From: Spironucleus salmonicida
Lineage: Eukaryota
Length of the DNA: 64,000 bases
NCBI RefSeq assembly: GCF_000497125.1
Contig: NC_090597.1
Location: 631,797-695,796, forward strand
Direction: 5' to 3'
The first letter of the stretch is position 1. Every line of letters starts with the position of its first letter. Positions 10,170 to 24,102 of the stretch are shown here, piece by piece. A model generated the notes under the pieces. It worked only from the letters and a program-made list of their open reading frames with translations. It was not told where the DNA came from and did no database searches. Made by a program: the position numbers and the translations under genes.

Positions 10170-12338
10170 ATGGAAGTAGATCCAGGAACCTGTAAGTAAG
10201 ATAGTAGCAAGTGCGCAGAAGGATATTTTTGCACATACCGTGCTTAAGAATAGAACTTAATAGAAATGGCTTGCGCTAAGTGTAAAGATGGATGCGTGAC
10301 CTGTGCAGGTTTAAACGCAAATGTCCAACACTGTACGAGCTGCAAAGAGAGAGAATACCTATCTCACGATAACTATTGCCGCGAATGTCATGCGGATTGC
10401 GAGTAATGTACTGGTCCTGAGCAAACATGTGATGGATGCAAAGATGGCTTCTAGGACACTCTTGGAGTATGCGAAGTTTGCCCAGGCAATGAGGAGCAAG
10501 AAGATGATTGCGTATGCGGTACATCGAAACACTGTTTAGATTGCAATGAAAAAGACATGAAAAAATGTGCAAGCTGCCAAGAGGGGTACGATATAAATAG
10601 CTCAACACCATGCAAAGACTGCCTTCCAGGATACGTTTCAATAGCTATTAAGGATGAAAATATCTGTGTTGAGTGTGATAATACCTGCAGAGAGTGCTCA
10701 GGCACAAAGACCACGTGCACGGCCTGTAACGATGGCTTTATTTTAAGTGGTACGACCTGCACTCCTTGCGAGGCTGGTAAAACCGAGTCCTGCCCGTGTG
10801 GAAAGTCCCTCAATTGTACGACATGTAACCGTAATAATACTAATGCTTGCGCAACTTGCAAGGAACATTACGATAAGACTGCAAGCCCACCCTGCTCTAA
10901 GTGCGAACCTAAATATTTTGAGTTAGAAATTAAGGATGGAAAGGAGTGCACCCTTTGCAGAAACTCATGTGAAACGTGCATGGACGCAAGCAAATGCCTG
11001 ACATGTAAAAATGGCAGTTACTTAAAAGATGATAAGTGCGAACTTTGTTATGGTGCCTAGAAGATCTCCTGCACGTGCGGGACTGCCAAGAATTGCGGGA
11101 CCTGCGATACTAATAAACAGACGGCATGCCTAACATGCATGCACGGTTTCGACTCAAGTAAAGTAGGTGCGTGCGATACCTGCAGCGAGGGATTCTTCAA
11201 GAAGGTTTCTAAGGACAATTTCACATGCGAACCTTGTACTACCGCTAACTGCGCTCAGTGCTCTGAGAAGAAGGAGGAATGTACAAAATGTGTGTATAAT
11301 ATGTATTTAAATGAGTAAAAACAGTGTCAGCAGTGTGCCAAAGGAGATGGGATTCCATGTGACTGCGGTGCCGTCGTTAACTGCGATACTTGCTCAACAA
11401 TTTAGTCATCAAAATGCGGAGAGTGCTTCCCTGGCTACGTAATTGACAAGAATGGTTCCTGCACTCTCTGCGCGCTGAATTATGTCAAGATTGGTGATAA
11501 GTGCGTTAAGTGTGGTGTGGACAACTGCCAAACCTGCTCGGCAGACGCGAAAACGTGCGAAAAGTGCAGAAATAATTTCATTCCCAAAGATGGGAAATGC
11601 GAACCCTGCAGCGAGAACGGCCCACAGTGCCTCTGCGGAACCACGGTGAACTGCAGTACCTGTAAGCTTAGTGATACAATGAAGTGCAAAAGCTGCGTTG
11701 AGGGCTATCAGATTGATAGCAAAGAAACATGCACGAATTGCGCGCTGAATTACGTTAAGATTGGTGATAACTGCGTTAAGTGCTAAGTAGAGAACTGCGC
11801 CACCTGTATGCCGAACGGCACGATGAAATGCCAAACCTGCTTGAAAGGCTATCAGATTGATAACACAGGAACCTGCACGAACTGCGCGGTGGGCTATGAA
11901 AAGAAGAACGGAAAGTGCGAATTCAACTGCTAGTTGGCGGTGAAAGACGGGGAATTTTGCTAGAACGGCTAAGTTATCAAGTGTGGTACAGCTGGATAGA
12001 TTGTCGAGTGCACGTGTGGAAATGTTCACAACTGCAAGAACTGCTAGGGGAGCGTTTGCTCCAGCTGCATGACTGGCTATCTTTTGGCCAGCAGTGCCTG
12101 CAATGACTGCGACAAGGGATATGAGCTACAGGACAAAACATGTGTAAAAAGTGCTGAGAACTAGAGTGGGATGCCTATCAGCACGATAGCCGGTATTGTT
12201 GGTGGAATATTGGTCGTAATCGGCGTTGTAAGCGTCGGGTTAGCTGTTTACTTGAAGAAGCAGAAAAAGCAGAAGAAATTTAATAGCATACCGACCTCTG
12301 ACAACAATGTTGAGCCACTTAGTAACGTACTTTGGTGA
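10170..12338 (+). CDS. Cysteine-rich membrane protein, 722 aa, long cytoplasmic tail
   Basis: MEVDPGTCKQDSSKCAEGYFC...; track ORFs 10557 and 11517 are in the same frame. TM IAGIVGGILVVIGVVSVGLAVYL, tail KKQKKQKKFNSIPTSDNNVEPLSNVLW*. Internal repeat CALNYVKIGDxCVKC at ~11469 and ~11739. Confidence 0.92.
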
Positions 12339-13489
12339 TAGTAACATTTTTTATTATGCTTTTTTTGTGCAGGCAACTATTCACTGATTAATAGTATCCA
12401 CAGAACTTGTGATTCGCGAGTATAATTCACGGCCGCAATAATTGAATTCAATCAACGATATTATTTTTAGCAAAATTAGAAAGTAATGTCTATATAGAGT
12501 TATATATTAAATATTTGAATATAAATTTCATTAAATATCATTAGACCTTTCAGATCAATCTTCACAATCTGTGAAACTGAGCACTGCCTCATAAAAATAC
12601 AATATGCAACACCCAATCTAGCGAATCTTCACTAAGCTAATTCTCGTTGATAATAAATATTTACAATTTGCATTACAACCTTATTTGATGTAGATTAACT
12701 GCAAATTTCAATACGGTCTCTACGTTGAACACTACAGCTGCTACATAACAAATAGCAATAACATCACATAGTTACCTTCTTGAGAAATAATACTCATGCT
12801 ACTCACCAATCCATTCTACTAAACTAAAATATGCCACCAAAGTCCCTATTTTTACTGCACAGATCACTTACTATTATTTTATTGAATATATATCTAATAT
12901 GCTCCAAAACTATCACCCCAATCTATAAAAGTAATATAAGCTGAATTTTCGACTTTTTTGAGCCAGCAGACACGAGCAGCGCCTAATTTTATCATTATTA
13001 TATCACGTAAAACAGTTAAACTCATTTTAGCATATTCAATAGTTATTTCATTTCCAGCATCATAGTCAACTACAGCACAAAATATTCAATCTTTTCCTTA
13101 GTCAAAATTTTCAAGCAGAAAGGTCTCCTGGGCTGATTAGCATTTTACTATTTTATTATCACTTGAATACCTGTATAATTCTGCTTAAGTTTTACACGCT
13201 TTGTAGGAATAGTTACATTTGACGCATTGATTTTTGATCGCGAAATATCAAATTTTGCATTAATAGCACTCGCTATTTATGTTAATTCAGTAAGAACATG
13301 CACAGGAGCCAATTAAAGCGATACTTATTTTTGCATTTTCCGCAGTTTGATAAATATAGTAACACCTGTAATGCTGGATCTTCCAGAATTAATTATATAT
13401 TTAGATATTATATTCTTCTTTAGCATTATTGGAATTAGTGCTATTGGATGGTGAAATCTCGTAGGTTTATTTTCAGGATTTTGCTGCGC

Positions 13490-14640
13490 ATGAGCACTAA
13501 ATTTCGCGTGTGAAGCTCATCCTGGTGTTCTATAACTAAACTGTTCAGGTTCGGAAAATTGAGATACTTACAGTATGATTATCCTGCATCCATGCAGTTA
13601 CCTTGCATTATTTATTATTCTATTTTAGTCGTAATAGGAAATGGGAGCATTTAGCAATTTCTGGATTCAAGTTTTGGAACCAGTATTGTTAATGAGTTGC
13701 TTAGATGCACTAAGTAAACTGATGAAAATTTAAGAATTTCATATGAGGAGGGCTATGAATAATCATAAATTTACGGGTAAGAGGACTTCGAAGTTGTAGG
13801 TTTTAAGGGTTATTCGGTAGAGTCAAGAAACTCAGTTTGGTAGGTATAGAAGACGTATGTTGCTGGAAGTGGAATAATAGAATATGGACATTTTAAAATA
13901 GTCAAGAGTCTTGCCAGGGTGCTGGCAGGATGGAAGTGGGTTTGCATTCTATGTGATTGTGCTTTCCATGCACGGGATGGTTTAATGCATTATGCTCAAT
14001 ATAAGAATACAATTTTATTAACTTTCATGGTAATGTTCACTTGTTACTAGGCATGATATTAAAGGTATTCCATTCTAAAATATGATATAAGTTAATATTT
14101 AGATATACTTCATGCAAATTATAATTTAATATTAACTATATATTATATTAATATAATATATTCTTAGTTTAGAAGAGAATTAAATCTACCTAATAGCATA
14201 GCTACCTAAAAGGAATAATATCCATTAAGCAGTGAATGCCAATAATGAGATTTCATGATATTTAAAATTAAGCAACAAAATAGAAATAATACATATTGCT
14301 CAATGGTATTTGCAGTCTCAATATAGTTTTATTAAAGATTCGTAAACCATTTCTAGCTGAGTTTTGTAAGTTTTAGTTAGAAAAATAGCTTTAGTTGCTC
14401 TAATAGTTAATAAACTTATATTTAGTCTATATCTAGCATAATTTAAATTGATAATGGAACAATAATAGATTTGTTTTCTGAAAAATCAACTATTAGATTT
14501 CACACATCTGATACTGCTATAATACAAATCAATAAAAAAGCTACATTAACGAATTTCCTCGAAAAGTATACTTTTCTTTCAATTTTATTTCACTCCTACA
14601 TAACCCCTCCCTAACCTACATTTTTAAGCTAAGTTTTAGA
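13490..14640 (-). repeat. Inverted paralogue of 44730-45880 (CRMP tail plus downstream region)
   Basis: The reverse complement aligns throughout, e.g. ttagttgctctaatagttaataaacttatatttagtctatatctagcataatttaaattgataatgg vs ~44920-44985. Identity falls with distance from the gene. Confidence 0.85.
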
Positions 14641-15283
14641 TTTTTTGATATACCAAAACACACCTCCACCGATGCCTCCGATTACTACTATAATAGCAAT
14701 AACTATTCCAGCAACTGCACCTCCAGATAAACTGCTATTTAAGTCTTCTTATACACCACCAATGCAGAACTCGCCTATCATTTCTGCGCCTTATACACAA
14801 TCCGAACAATCACCTTTTAGCAGTTTGTAGCTTCTCAAACAGCTTTTGCACTAGGAATTATCAGAAGGACATGTAAAGCAATTTACTTTTCCAGTACATT
14901 AACAAGGTATAATTTGAGTTTCTGCTCCACAAGATTTTGGAGTTCCATCCTCGCATACCTAATCAGCGGTTATCACTTAATCACAAATAGGCTAACATGT
15001 TTATTGAATAGTAGGTTCGTGCGAATCAGCGCAAATTACACACGTCTTAGCATTATTCCGGCAGGAACAGCAAGTTGTGTCGCATTTTTAGCAGCCGCTT
15101 TCCGACATAAAGTAGCCCTCTATGCACTCTGAACAAGCACCAATGTCATTTATTTTGAACACGGTCAAGCAGGTTCCGTATATTGATGAGTCTGAAGAGT
15201 CGCAGGTATCACAATTAATGGCTGCATCACACTAGCATTTTTCAGTTGCATTTCCAGAACAAGAAGTGCATGATATTCCTCAT
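14590..15283 (-). pseudogene. Internally deleted CRMP pseudogene (C-terminal ~230 codons)
   Basis: ATG 15283 is out of frame (MRNIMHFLFWKCN*). The CXXC/TM frame (...[44 protein letters not shown]) is open to TGA 14590. Inverted twin of 30231-30924. Confidence 0.8.
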
Positions 15284-16210
15284 TTTAAAATAAATGAAAT
15301 AGTTAGCTTTATATGTATAATTATTATCGATAGTGAATATGAGTGTTGTTTCTATCTATTTTTACGTTATACTTAGTTATATGTTTATATGAATATATTT
15401 TAAATTGAAAAATCAGATATTAACAAAAATCTACTTTACTTATAGTACTCCTAACAATGGGCACTAAAAACAAATTTTATGTTTTTTCTCTTTGCTATTA
15501 ATAATCGGTGTCTAATTTAGATTCGTGTAACAACTTTGCCAGTTTTGCAAATAGATAATTGCTCAATCTGATAATATACATATATAATTAGTAACTTCAA
15601 ATTTTATAATACTAATACTAATATTGAATATTTTAAGTATATAACAATACAACGAAAAATGGATAAATCACGATACCTAATTGTAAATAGTATTAGATTT
15701 ACCACCATTTGCACAGAATCTATGCTTCTGCCCTAAAGTATCAAATCTATAATTTAGGATATTTCCAGTACTTGCTACCAATGTATCCCTAGCGCACTAT
15801 CATTATCTCACTAGATTTCACTATCATCCATTCATAGAAACTGGATAAATTGCAAATTGCAGTTTTTATTATTTTACGTTATGATACGTTATACTGAAGA
15901 ATACATTACGCTACAATTAAGATTTTGGGATTCAAAATTTTTAATATATGCTGAATCTATTTATTCTATAACCTAAAATAAGTAGATCTATAAGGTTTCA
16001 AAGAGGGTATTACTTAAAAAATTACTATTACAAAACCTAGTTAGAAAATTTCAGATTACAATCAATTACATATTATAATAAATTTTCACTTCTTTCCTTT
16101 CTTGATGAAGTAATACGCAATACCGCCACCGACAGCTCCTACTACTACCAACACAGCAATCACAATTCCAGCCACCGCGCCGCCTGAGAGGTTCCCAGAT
16201 TCCTTTCTGG
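14620..16210 (-). repeat. ~1.6 kb inverted repeat, arm 1 (partner ~29300-30890)
   Basis: Track ORFs 14645-14830 and 14914-15132 have identical twins at 30684-30869 and 30382-30600 on the opposite strand (coordinate sum 45514). The intergenic DNA and the KKGKK gene ends also match. Confidence 0.95.
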
Positions 16211-18245
16211 GGGCGAAACAGTAGTCTCCAATTTTTACAGCCCCATCTTCGCAATTTTTACATTCATCAGCCTCTAGCTTGTATCCCGACAGACAGGAGC
16301 CGCACTTAGTCTTACTAGCATTACATGTGAGACAGTTCTTCGCACCTGAACACTTGCACTCCGTTATCTGCCCTTCACTTCCACAAGCAGCACTTTCAGT
16401 ACCGATGCAGGCGTTTCCATCTTCCAGTACTGTAGAACAGTTCTTCTCGCACGTATACTTAATGCTCATTGTGTGCTAATTGGCACATGTATCGCACTTA
16501 TCGAGGCTTTTAGAGCATGTTGCGCAGTTTGACTCACATTTTGTGCAGACCATTTTTATCATTAGATAGCCGTCGGAGCAGACGGAACAGCTGTCATCGT
16601 CAGCTTTTTAATAGCCAATAATGCAGTGTCCGCACTTTGGCTAATCAGAAGTATCGCAGGTAGCGCAGTTAACTGCTTCCCCGCACGTGCACTTTTCCGT
16701 TTTCTTTCCATCACAAGCAGTACAGATGCCTTCTTTTGCTAAAAAGCCGTCCTTACAAACTTTACAAATATTTTTGTCATCAGCGCAGTTCGCGCAGCCG
16801 CTTTGGCACGCCAAACATTATTAGTTCTCCAAGCCAAAGCCAGCTTTGCAGGTCGTGCATTTTTCAATAGTACCCTCGCATGTGGCGCAGTTTCCAGTGC
16901 AGTCTTTGCATATAATGTCGCAGATTTGGTTCGTTGTGCAGTTGCCGTCAGTTTTTGTGCATTTCTTCTCGCATTTGTCGTTTTATACCGAAAATCCATC
17001 GTTACACGCCGTGCAAATGGAGCTTGAAGAGCAGGTTGTGCAGTTCACAGAGCAGGCGGTGCAAGTATCAGTGCCCGAAGTGGTATCCTTGAAAAATCCT
17101 GCCACGCAATTCTCGCAAGGAGTGGTGATAGAGGGGTCAAAATTGGTAATACACGTTTTGCATTTGCTTGTGTCATTATCGCACGTTGAGCAGTTTTTGG
17201 CAGTCTAGCACGTGCAAGCAGTTGCTTAGTTTATCGTACAGGCTACACACTGCTTGTTTATAATAGAAAATCCATCATCGCAAGCGGTACAAATAGAGTT
17301 TGAAGAGCAGACTGTGCAGTTAGCAGAGCATGCAGTACATTTTCTGATATTTGCTGAAGTATCCTCGAAGAATTTGTCCTTGCATTTCGCACAAGGGATG
17401 GGTCCAGAGGGGTCAAAATTGTGGATGCACGTTTTGCATTTGCTCATATCATTATTACAAGTAGAACAATTTAAGGCGGTTGAGCACGTGCAGGCAGCCA
17501 TTTAGCTTTATGTGCAGGCAATACAATTGCCGTTTACACTACTAAATCCGTCATTGCAATCTTCACATGTGCCAAAGGTGTTAAATTTCATATTAGGTAA
17601 ACACGTTTCACACTTGGCGCCGGTGGTATTACAAGAAGCACAATATTGTGCATTACCACATTTACATTATGACGTTAGGCCTATAACGCAAGACTTTGCA
17701 ACACCGTCTTCACAGTACTATCCGTTTTGAATATTTTCACATGTCTCAGTACATTATCCGTCTATTGTAGTGATATATCCGTCAGGGTCGCAGAAATCGC
17801 AAGTTGTGGTTGAAGTGCAAGACGCGCAATTCTCAATGCACTATTAAACCAGTAATATCGGTAGATTACCGAAATCATCTCCGACGGGCATACAGTCATC
17901 TTCTTTTTTACAGAATAATTCACAAAGACCAGTCTATGGGTTCTTTTCGTAGCCTTCGGAGCACGTAATGCAAGAATTGGCGTTTGCACAGGTATCGCAG
18001 TATAAAGGACAATTTATGCATTTGTTATTTTATAAAAATGTCGTAAGCACGCATTTAGAGCACTTATTGTCTTCACATTCTTGGCAGTTGTATATGGGTT
18101 TGCTGTCTTCGCAGTAACAACTTTAGCCATATATCATATCTTCAGAGCATGACAGACAATTTACGGCAGTTGAACTATTTGTAGGGCAGTAGTTTCCAGC
18201 CTTGCAGTTGAAGACGGCATTTGAGCATGTACCCGTGTCTGTCAT
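16086..18245 (-). CDS. Cysteine-rich membrane protein (CRMP1-like), 719 aa
   Basis: [21 protein letters not shown]...; track ORFs 17226-17501 and 16086-16469 are in the same frame. 2160 nt; [30 protein letters not shown], tail IKKGKK*, AGTGA at the stop. Confidence 0.92.
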
Positions 18246-20230
18246 TTTCTGAAAATAGATCTTCGGAATATTATATTAAAGTTGATGTAAATGATGGTAA
18301 GGGTTTTAGTTTTTGAAAAACAATTATATTAATTTATAGTAGTAGTACTTAATTATTAAAACACGAATTTGATATACTCATGCAAACATAGATTATATTA
18401 ATATAAATGATTATATTTACAAATACTTAATTATTACTGAAACTTGATAAAGCATCCTACATCTATGTAATAATCTATTTCAGGTTAACAGAGTTTTTAT
18501 TTAATTAATTGTTAATTTACAAATATAAGTAATGTTAACTTTAGAAAATATAATTTGTCGTTCAGTTTTGTAATTATTATATACATACAATAATTTAACA
18601 ATTGGTTATACTTAGTTTATTTATTATAATATATTTAGGTGTATTTTAAATAATACACTAATTGAATATATGTTGATTGGATACTTTATGGTGCTTGGTT
18701 ATAGTTTTACTCACATTCAATAACAATGCTCAATAGAATGAGTTAAAAGATGCAATTTTCCAACAATTTATAAATAACTATATTATATACATTAATAAAA
18801 ATAAATTGCTCAAGATATAAATTTTACATATTATCAGAAGTTAAATGTACACAAAATTTATTTCTCGCTGATTTGAGTTAAACTTTGATGTAATTTGCTT
18901 ATTCCAATAAATTTTATACAAATAAACTAGGCTTTGGCTTTACATTGAATTTTCAGCATTAGTCGCCATAAGAAAATAACTTATCATAAATAATCTTGTA
19001 CAGATCACACAAAATAATTACATAATACATCTAAATACTCATATTCAATTTTACGATTTTCATAATTATTATTTAACATATTGTATAATAATAATTAACA
19101 AATAGTTATAACTTTTAATTAATAGCTGAAACCGTCCAACAGCATAGTAGAAAACGACACAGAGAGAAGCAAAAAGGCGATAATCGATCCCAGTTTCAAA
19201 AACCAATTATGAACAATTTATTTTAACAAACCCAAAATCTACCCCATCACTTTTCATTTTTCATTTGCGACTTTTGCTGCTACAGTAATTTAGATTTTGA
19301 ATAATTTTAAAATTATTTTATAATGCTGCTTTCTTATACTCAAAAAGTGCATTTAAAAGTGCCTTTATGCGACAGCGGGTCGTGATAAATATGAACGCCT
19401 ATAGGATGGTGTTTAAATGGCCTGCAACATGAAAAACAATTCAAGGGTATCAAGTTTTAAATTCAATATTGAGTTTTATGTGTTTGATTCATTTTTCATA
19501 CCAATGATGAACCTATAATATTTAGAAACACGTGACATACGATAAAAGCTATACAAATAAATTGAATAAGAGCCAAAACAATATAACAAAAATATAATTA
19601 TCAATATTAAAATACGATAACAGAAACCTAATCTTATACGTTTAATAAAAAATAATCCTAGTTACGATAATACATATATCCTTAAATAACAAGTAAAATA
19701 AATATAAAATCTAAACTATAAAATAGTATAATAGAATAATAAATCTGTCAAACTCTAAACTCAATCGCAACACATTTAACTTATAGATGATAAATATAAT
19801 AAGCAAAATATAAGCAAAGAATATTTAAGATACAGTAGTAAGCCTCCATCCAAAATAAAAGAGTTAATCAGAATTTATTAGCATCCGAAAGGCTTAGTTA
19901 TTTCATGGTTCACAGCACCAATTATAAAATTGTTATGTGTTTTTGGAAACCCTAAATGATTTTTTAGTGTATTTTGATGGTCACTTAGTTCTTCAGGGGT
20001 ATCTCTAAATCCCAAGATGATTATTCCGATACATATGGGATTTAACATTCACATATCACCATATGATGCTTAGGTATATTATTGGTGCAGTTATCAGAAT
20101 ACTAGGCAATATTGGTCTAATTGGAAGTTTTGTTGTTTATATGTTCATCGTCAAGAAAAAACAATCAACTGACAGTAACCAATATCAACGGTTCAATTAT
20201 AAAAATGTATAGTTAACTTATAACGATTCC
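18240..20230 (+). repeat. ~2 kb inverted paralogue of 48520-50490 (upstream region of the 18245 and 50478 CRMPs, including the small TM ORF)
   Basis: cattttctgaaaatagat...atattatattaaa.ttgatgtaaatgatggta matches the reverse complement of ~50420-50480. Patchy similarity continues to the TM ORF remnant at ~19956-20200. Confidence 0.85.
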
Positions 20231-20419
20231 ACTAAAATATATCTAGAAATAATACCTACTATTGTAGCCTTGTATATTATTTGGGGACTGATCGATATTA
20301 TTATATTTAAAACAATAAAAACAACAATTCGTGAGGAATATATTAATTAAAATTAACAACGAGCTTTCTAATACTAGATTTAGATTTCAGAATATATTGC
20401 TAATCAGATTTATAATTAT

Positions 20420-22407
20420 ATGAATGATACTAATTTTAGGTTTATAAATATTTAACTAGATCCTAAACTTTGCAATTTCATAATGTGGTTTAACGTAATA
20501 TTACAATTATATGCGGGAAATTATACTACACTATATTGACGGCATACACCCAGATCAAATAATAAACTTACGATAAATTGAGAATACTAGTCTTTAGATA
20601 AAGCGGAGTACTAGTAATAGTCAATGTTGTGTTAAATATTATAATAGTGAGTTTTGTCATTTTTGATAACTGTAAGTAAATATTATCTGCAGAGGCAAAA
20701 TCAATTGCTACAGGGTAAGCATTGAAGAGATTCATTAAGGGTTGTTGATTACTGACTATCTAAAATAGATAGAGCGTAGTCATGTATGATAGCTAAAACT
20801 AATAGTAGTAAGGTATATACTAGAAAAATGCATTTCACGAAGAATTAGAATATGCGATTTAATACATGCATCTAGATAAAAACTAGACTTCAATTTGATA
20901 TATACCAGTAAATTGATTAGAATATCAATACTAATCTTAGATATAGAAACTTCTAGTTAAGTAGTATGTTTTTCTTGTCTTATATAAAAATTAGCTACAA
21001 TAAAATGACATATGCGCCAATAATCCTAAATAAGTCCTCTCTCAATTGTACTTAGAGCTATTTATACCATAACATAGCGCTTGTGTAAGATTGGGTGTAT
21101 AAAGATTGTGCTGAATGCAGTTAAGAGCGTGCAATGTGTTCAGGCAAATACTATCATAAATTGATTGTGAAAGTTAATATAATAGAGAATACTTATATTC
21201 CTACAATAATGTTTTCACTATTATATAAGCCTTTAGTAATATATTAACCCAGATCAAGCGTGCAGAGTATGCTAATATTGCTAATATGAGTCTATGGGAT
21301 CATATGATATTTGTCTAAAAAGTAAAATCCAAGAATAATACGATTGCAATTGCTATAACTCTAGATACTGCTAATTTGCAAATCAGTAAATATTAAATGA
21401 CATTCATACTGACACCAATAACATAGTATCAACATACAGATAATCTGCGCAGCCTGCCTCCCACGCTATTATTTCAAGCTAATTACGTTTTAAAATTATT
21501 CCAAGGATTACTATCTTTTCTGCAAAGAGGATTCAATCCCCGATGATGTGTGCACCAGTTGGATATACAATTTTATTCACTCAGGAACTTATAGGAAACC
21601 ATGTTAGCTAGGTAATTAAGATATCTACTAATATTAGTGTTCTTAAAATTTCACACTTTGTGACGTTGAAAATAGCGATAGATGCTAAAATGGTACGGTA
21701 TCACCGGATAATGAACGATATGTATGTTGAATCATCCAAAATAAGGAGTAATATGCTAGATACAACATATATAATTATTAACCCTGATCAAATGATATGA
21801 GGATATGGAATAAATGCGAAAATGGTTTATTCCTTAAAACGGGTACATACAAGATATAAATTATGAATGATTTCAATTTTGCCTGTGGGTGCCGAAGAGC
21901 TGTACTAACTATGAGTTGTAAAATTAGATGAAATGCATACCAGGTTAGTAGGCTGCATGTTGTGCTTTTTTTAATGTGCGAAAAAGGACGGAAAATATGT
22001 TTCAACTGCAGTCAGGAGCTCAAGGAAGGTGAATTCTATCATGGTGGAAGATATATCAAGTGTGGTACTGATGGTATATCCTCTTTGTGCGCATGTGGTA
22101 GTGTTCATAACTGCTTGCTCCGTGATGGGAGGGCCTCCACCCAGTGCATGAGAGGCTTCCTTTTGTCTGATTTCGCATGATACGGAGATGCTACTGGATA
22201 TTATCTAGAGCAAAATAGCTTCATAGAGTACTTTGCACTCTAAAGCAGCAAACCAGCAATATGATCACAGGAACTATTGGTCGAATAGTGGTCGATAGTA
22301 GCTATGTGGCTACCGGCTAGGTTATCTACTTTAAGGAACAAGCAAGGTTCTCAGCTATCCCAGTACTGATAGCAACATCTTGTACCCATGACCTATGAAA
22401 TGGTGAT
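20420..22407 (+). pseudogene. Highly degraded CRMP, paralogue of 10170-12338
   Basis: 21990-22130 (FNCSQELKEGEFYHGGRYIKCGTDGISSLCACGSVHNC) matches FNCQLAVKDGEFCQNGQVIKCGTAGQIVECTCGNVHNC of the 10170 gene. Ends tggtga like that gene. Many indels; 5' limit is a guess. Confidence 0.6.
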
Positions 22408-22818
22408 ATTAATCCCTTATCTTTTAATTTAATTGGATTCATACAAAAATAAGTGCCGTATAATCTGTTATACCCTAGTATCATATATTAATCCGCTTTT
22501 GCAGTGTAGCTGTAATTGGACTTTTAGGATCCTCATTTTTATTCAAAATTTAGTATATACAATAATATATAATACTTAAATAAATTTTAATAAAGAATCG
22601 CCATCGACCGCTAGTTTACTAAAACCAGTGCTATGCTCAAAAATTATATTAGCAATATTTTCGATTACTATAGTGAGCCTAAGTATGGGGAATTATAGCT
22701 ATTTTTAGGATTGAAAACCCCCACCTACACATGATTACAGTAGCATATAGTATGTTTTCTTGCCAAATATATTATATTTAAATTATATTACTAAGTTAAT
22801 ATTAGCGCAACTAGCGGT

Positions 22819-23560
22819 TCATGCCTTCTTGACGGAATATAAAGTAATGCTGGCCCGAAGGCACACGCAACCACAATTCTTGCTACCACGCCTCCAGGGA
22901 TGCTGCCAGATACCTCTAGTGGTGCAAAACATCAGGATACTGACTAAATAGTACTATCTTCACATTTTTCGCATTTTTAGTTTCATATTTGTATTCAGGG
23001 AGATAATAACAGCATTTAGTCTTATCTTTGGCTAATGTATGACGGTTAGCAGAGGTTATGCGCCTGCAAACAGTTGTTTTGGGTTCAATTCTGCAGGCCG
23101 CTGCAGCAGTCCCAATGCATGCTCCGCCCTCTGCTAATGATGTGTCACAATATGCTATCATCTCAGCTAATTATCATCTGGTGTACAGCGAGGCTAGCAT
23201 AGAACAAATCAACTCTATATGAGCAAGGTTCACCCTTTCGACCTTACTTTGTGCAAACTTAGTTAATTACCTATACCAATCTGTACATACACCGCACAAA
23301 TTCGCTATCTTCCTGTATCCTGCGACACAAATATCTCCATATTTCAGGAAAAAGTCTCTCTAACATATTTAAATACTTTTCTATTATAGCTCCCACAGGC
23401 ACACCTCAAAAACGCTTCTACTGCCCAAATGACCTATATTTCATTCACTGCACTTCTCTACGCATCCATCTAATTTAGCACATGATGATTCAAGTATTCG
23501 CGCTGAAATCCCAGGCCTTCCACTGCGGGTGGAACAGTTGTAGCTTTTGCTGCTATTTTA
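22819..23560 (-). pseudogene. Degraded CRMP (3' half)
   Basis: CDTSLAEGGACIGTAAAAC...DKTKC..LPEYKYE resembles the CRMP1 pre-TM module. Frameshifted TM remnant; ends ...KKA*. Confidence 0.65.
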
Positions 23561-24102
23561 TCAGTTTTAGTGTTATATACATTGATACAAGTTTATATCT
23601 AATCAGCTGAAACGCCTTTACTATTTGAAAAAGTATACAGCGGAAATTAAATTTGAAAATAAAATATGCGAAATTATGGTATATGGTAAATGTATAGAAA
23701 CAATGATTTGTAACTGAACATGTATGTTGATAATATATAGGTCCAATACAATCTATATTGATAAATAACTTCAATATAATTTAAATATGATCTATTTAAT
23801 ATATTTTTTAATATATAATAATAATTTATAGTATGCGTAAAAATTTCATTACATGAAACTTTTTTATTATGATTTAATATCTTGAGAATCTAGTTTTATT
23901 TTTATATTCATATAAATATTATATAATCAATAAAAGAAAAAAATGAAATACTACTATTTAGATATAAATATATAAACTTTAAAAGCTATCATTTTTACTT
24001 TCGCATAATACTAGTTATTATAAGTAAACATAAGTAAGCAAATAATATCATTTATATTAATTCGTATATATAATTATATATACAGTTTTTCTTATTTATT
24101 AA

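Noticed and set aside
10276-12029. Antisense and alternate-frame track ORFs over CRMPs (e.g. 11409-12029, 28476-28883, 51029-51571, 54843-55202)
   Set aside because: Q/H/L/V-rich mirror translations of Cys-rich genes; not independent genes.
16086-16106. KKGKK tail as a canonical dilysine ER-retrieval signal
   Set aside because: Position -3 is Gly (Ala in paralogues), so it fits neither KKxx nor KxKxx.
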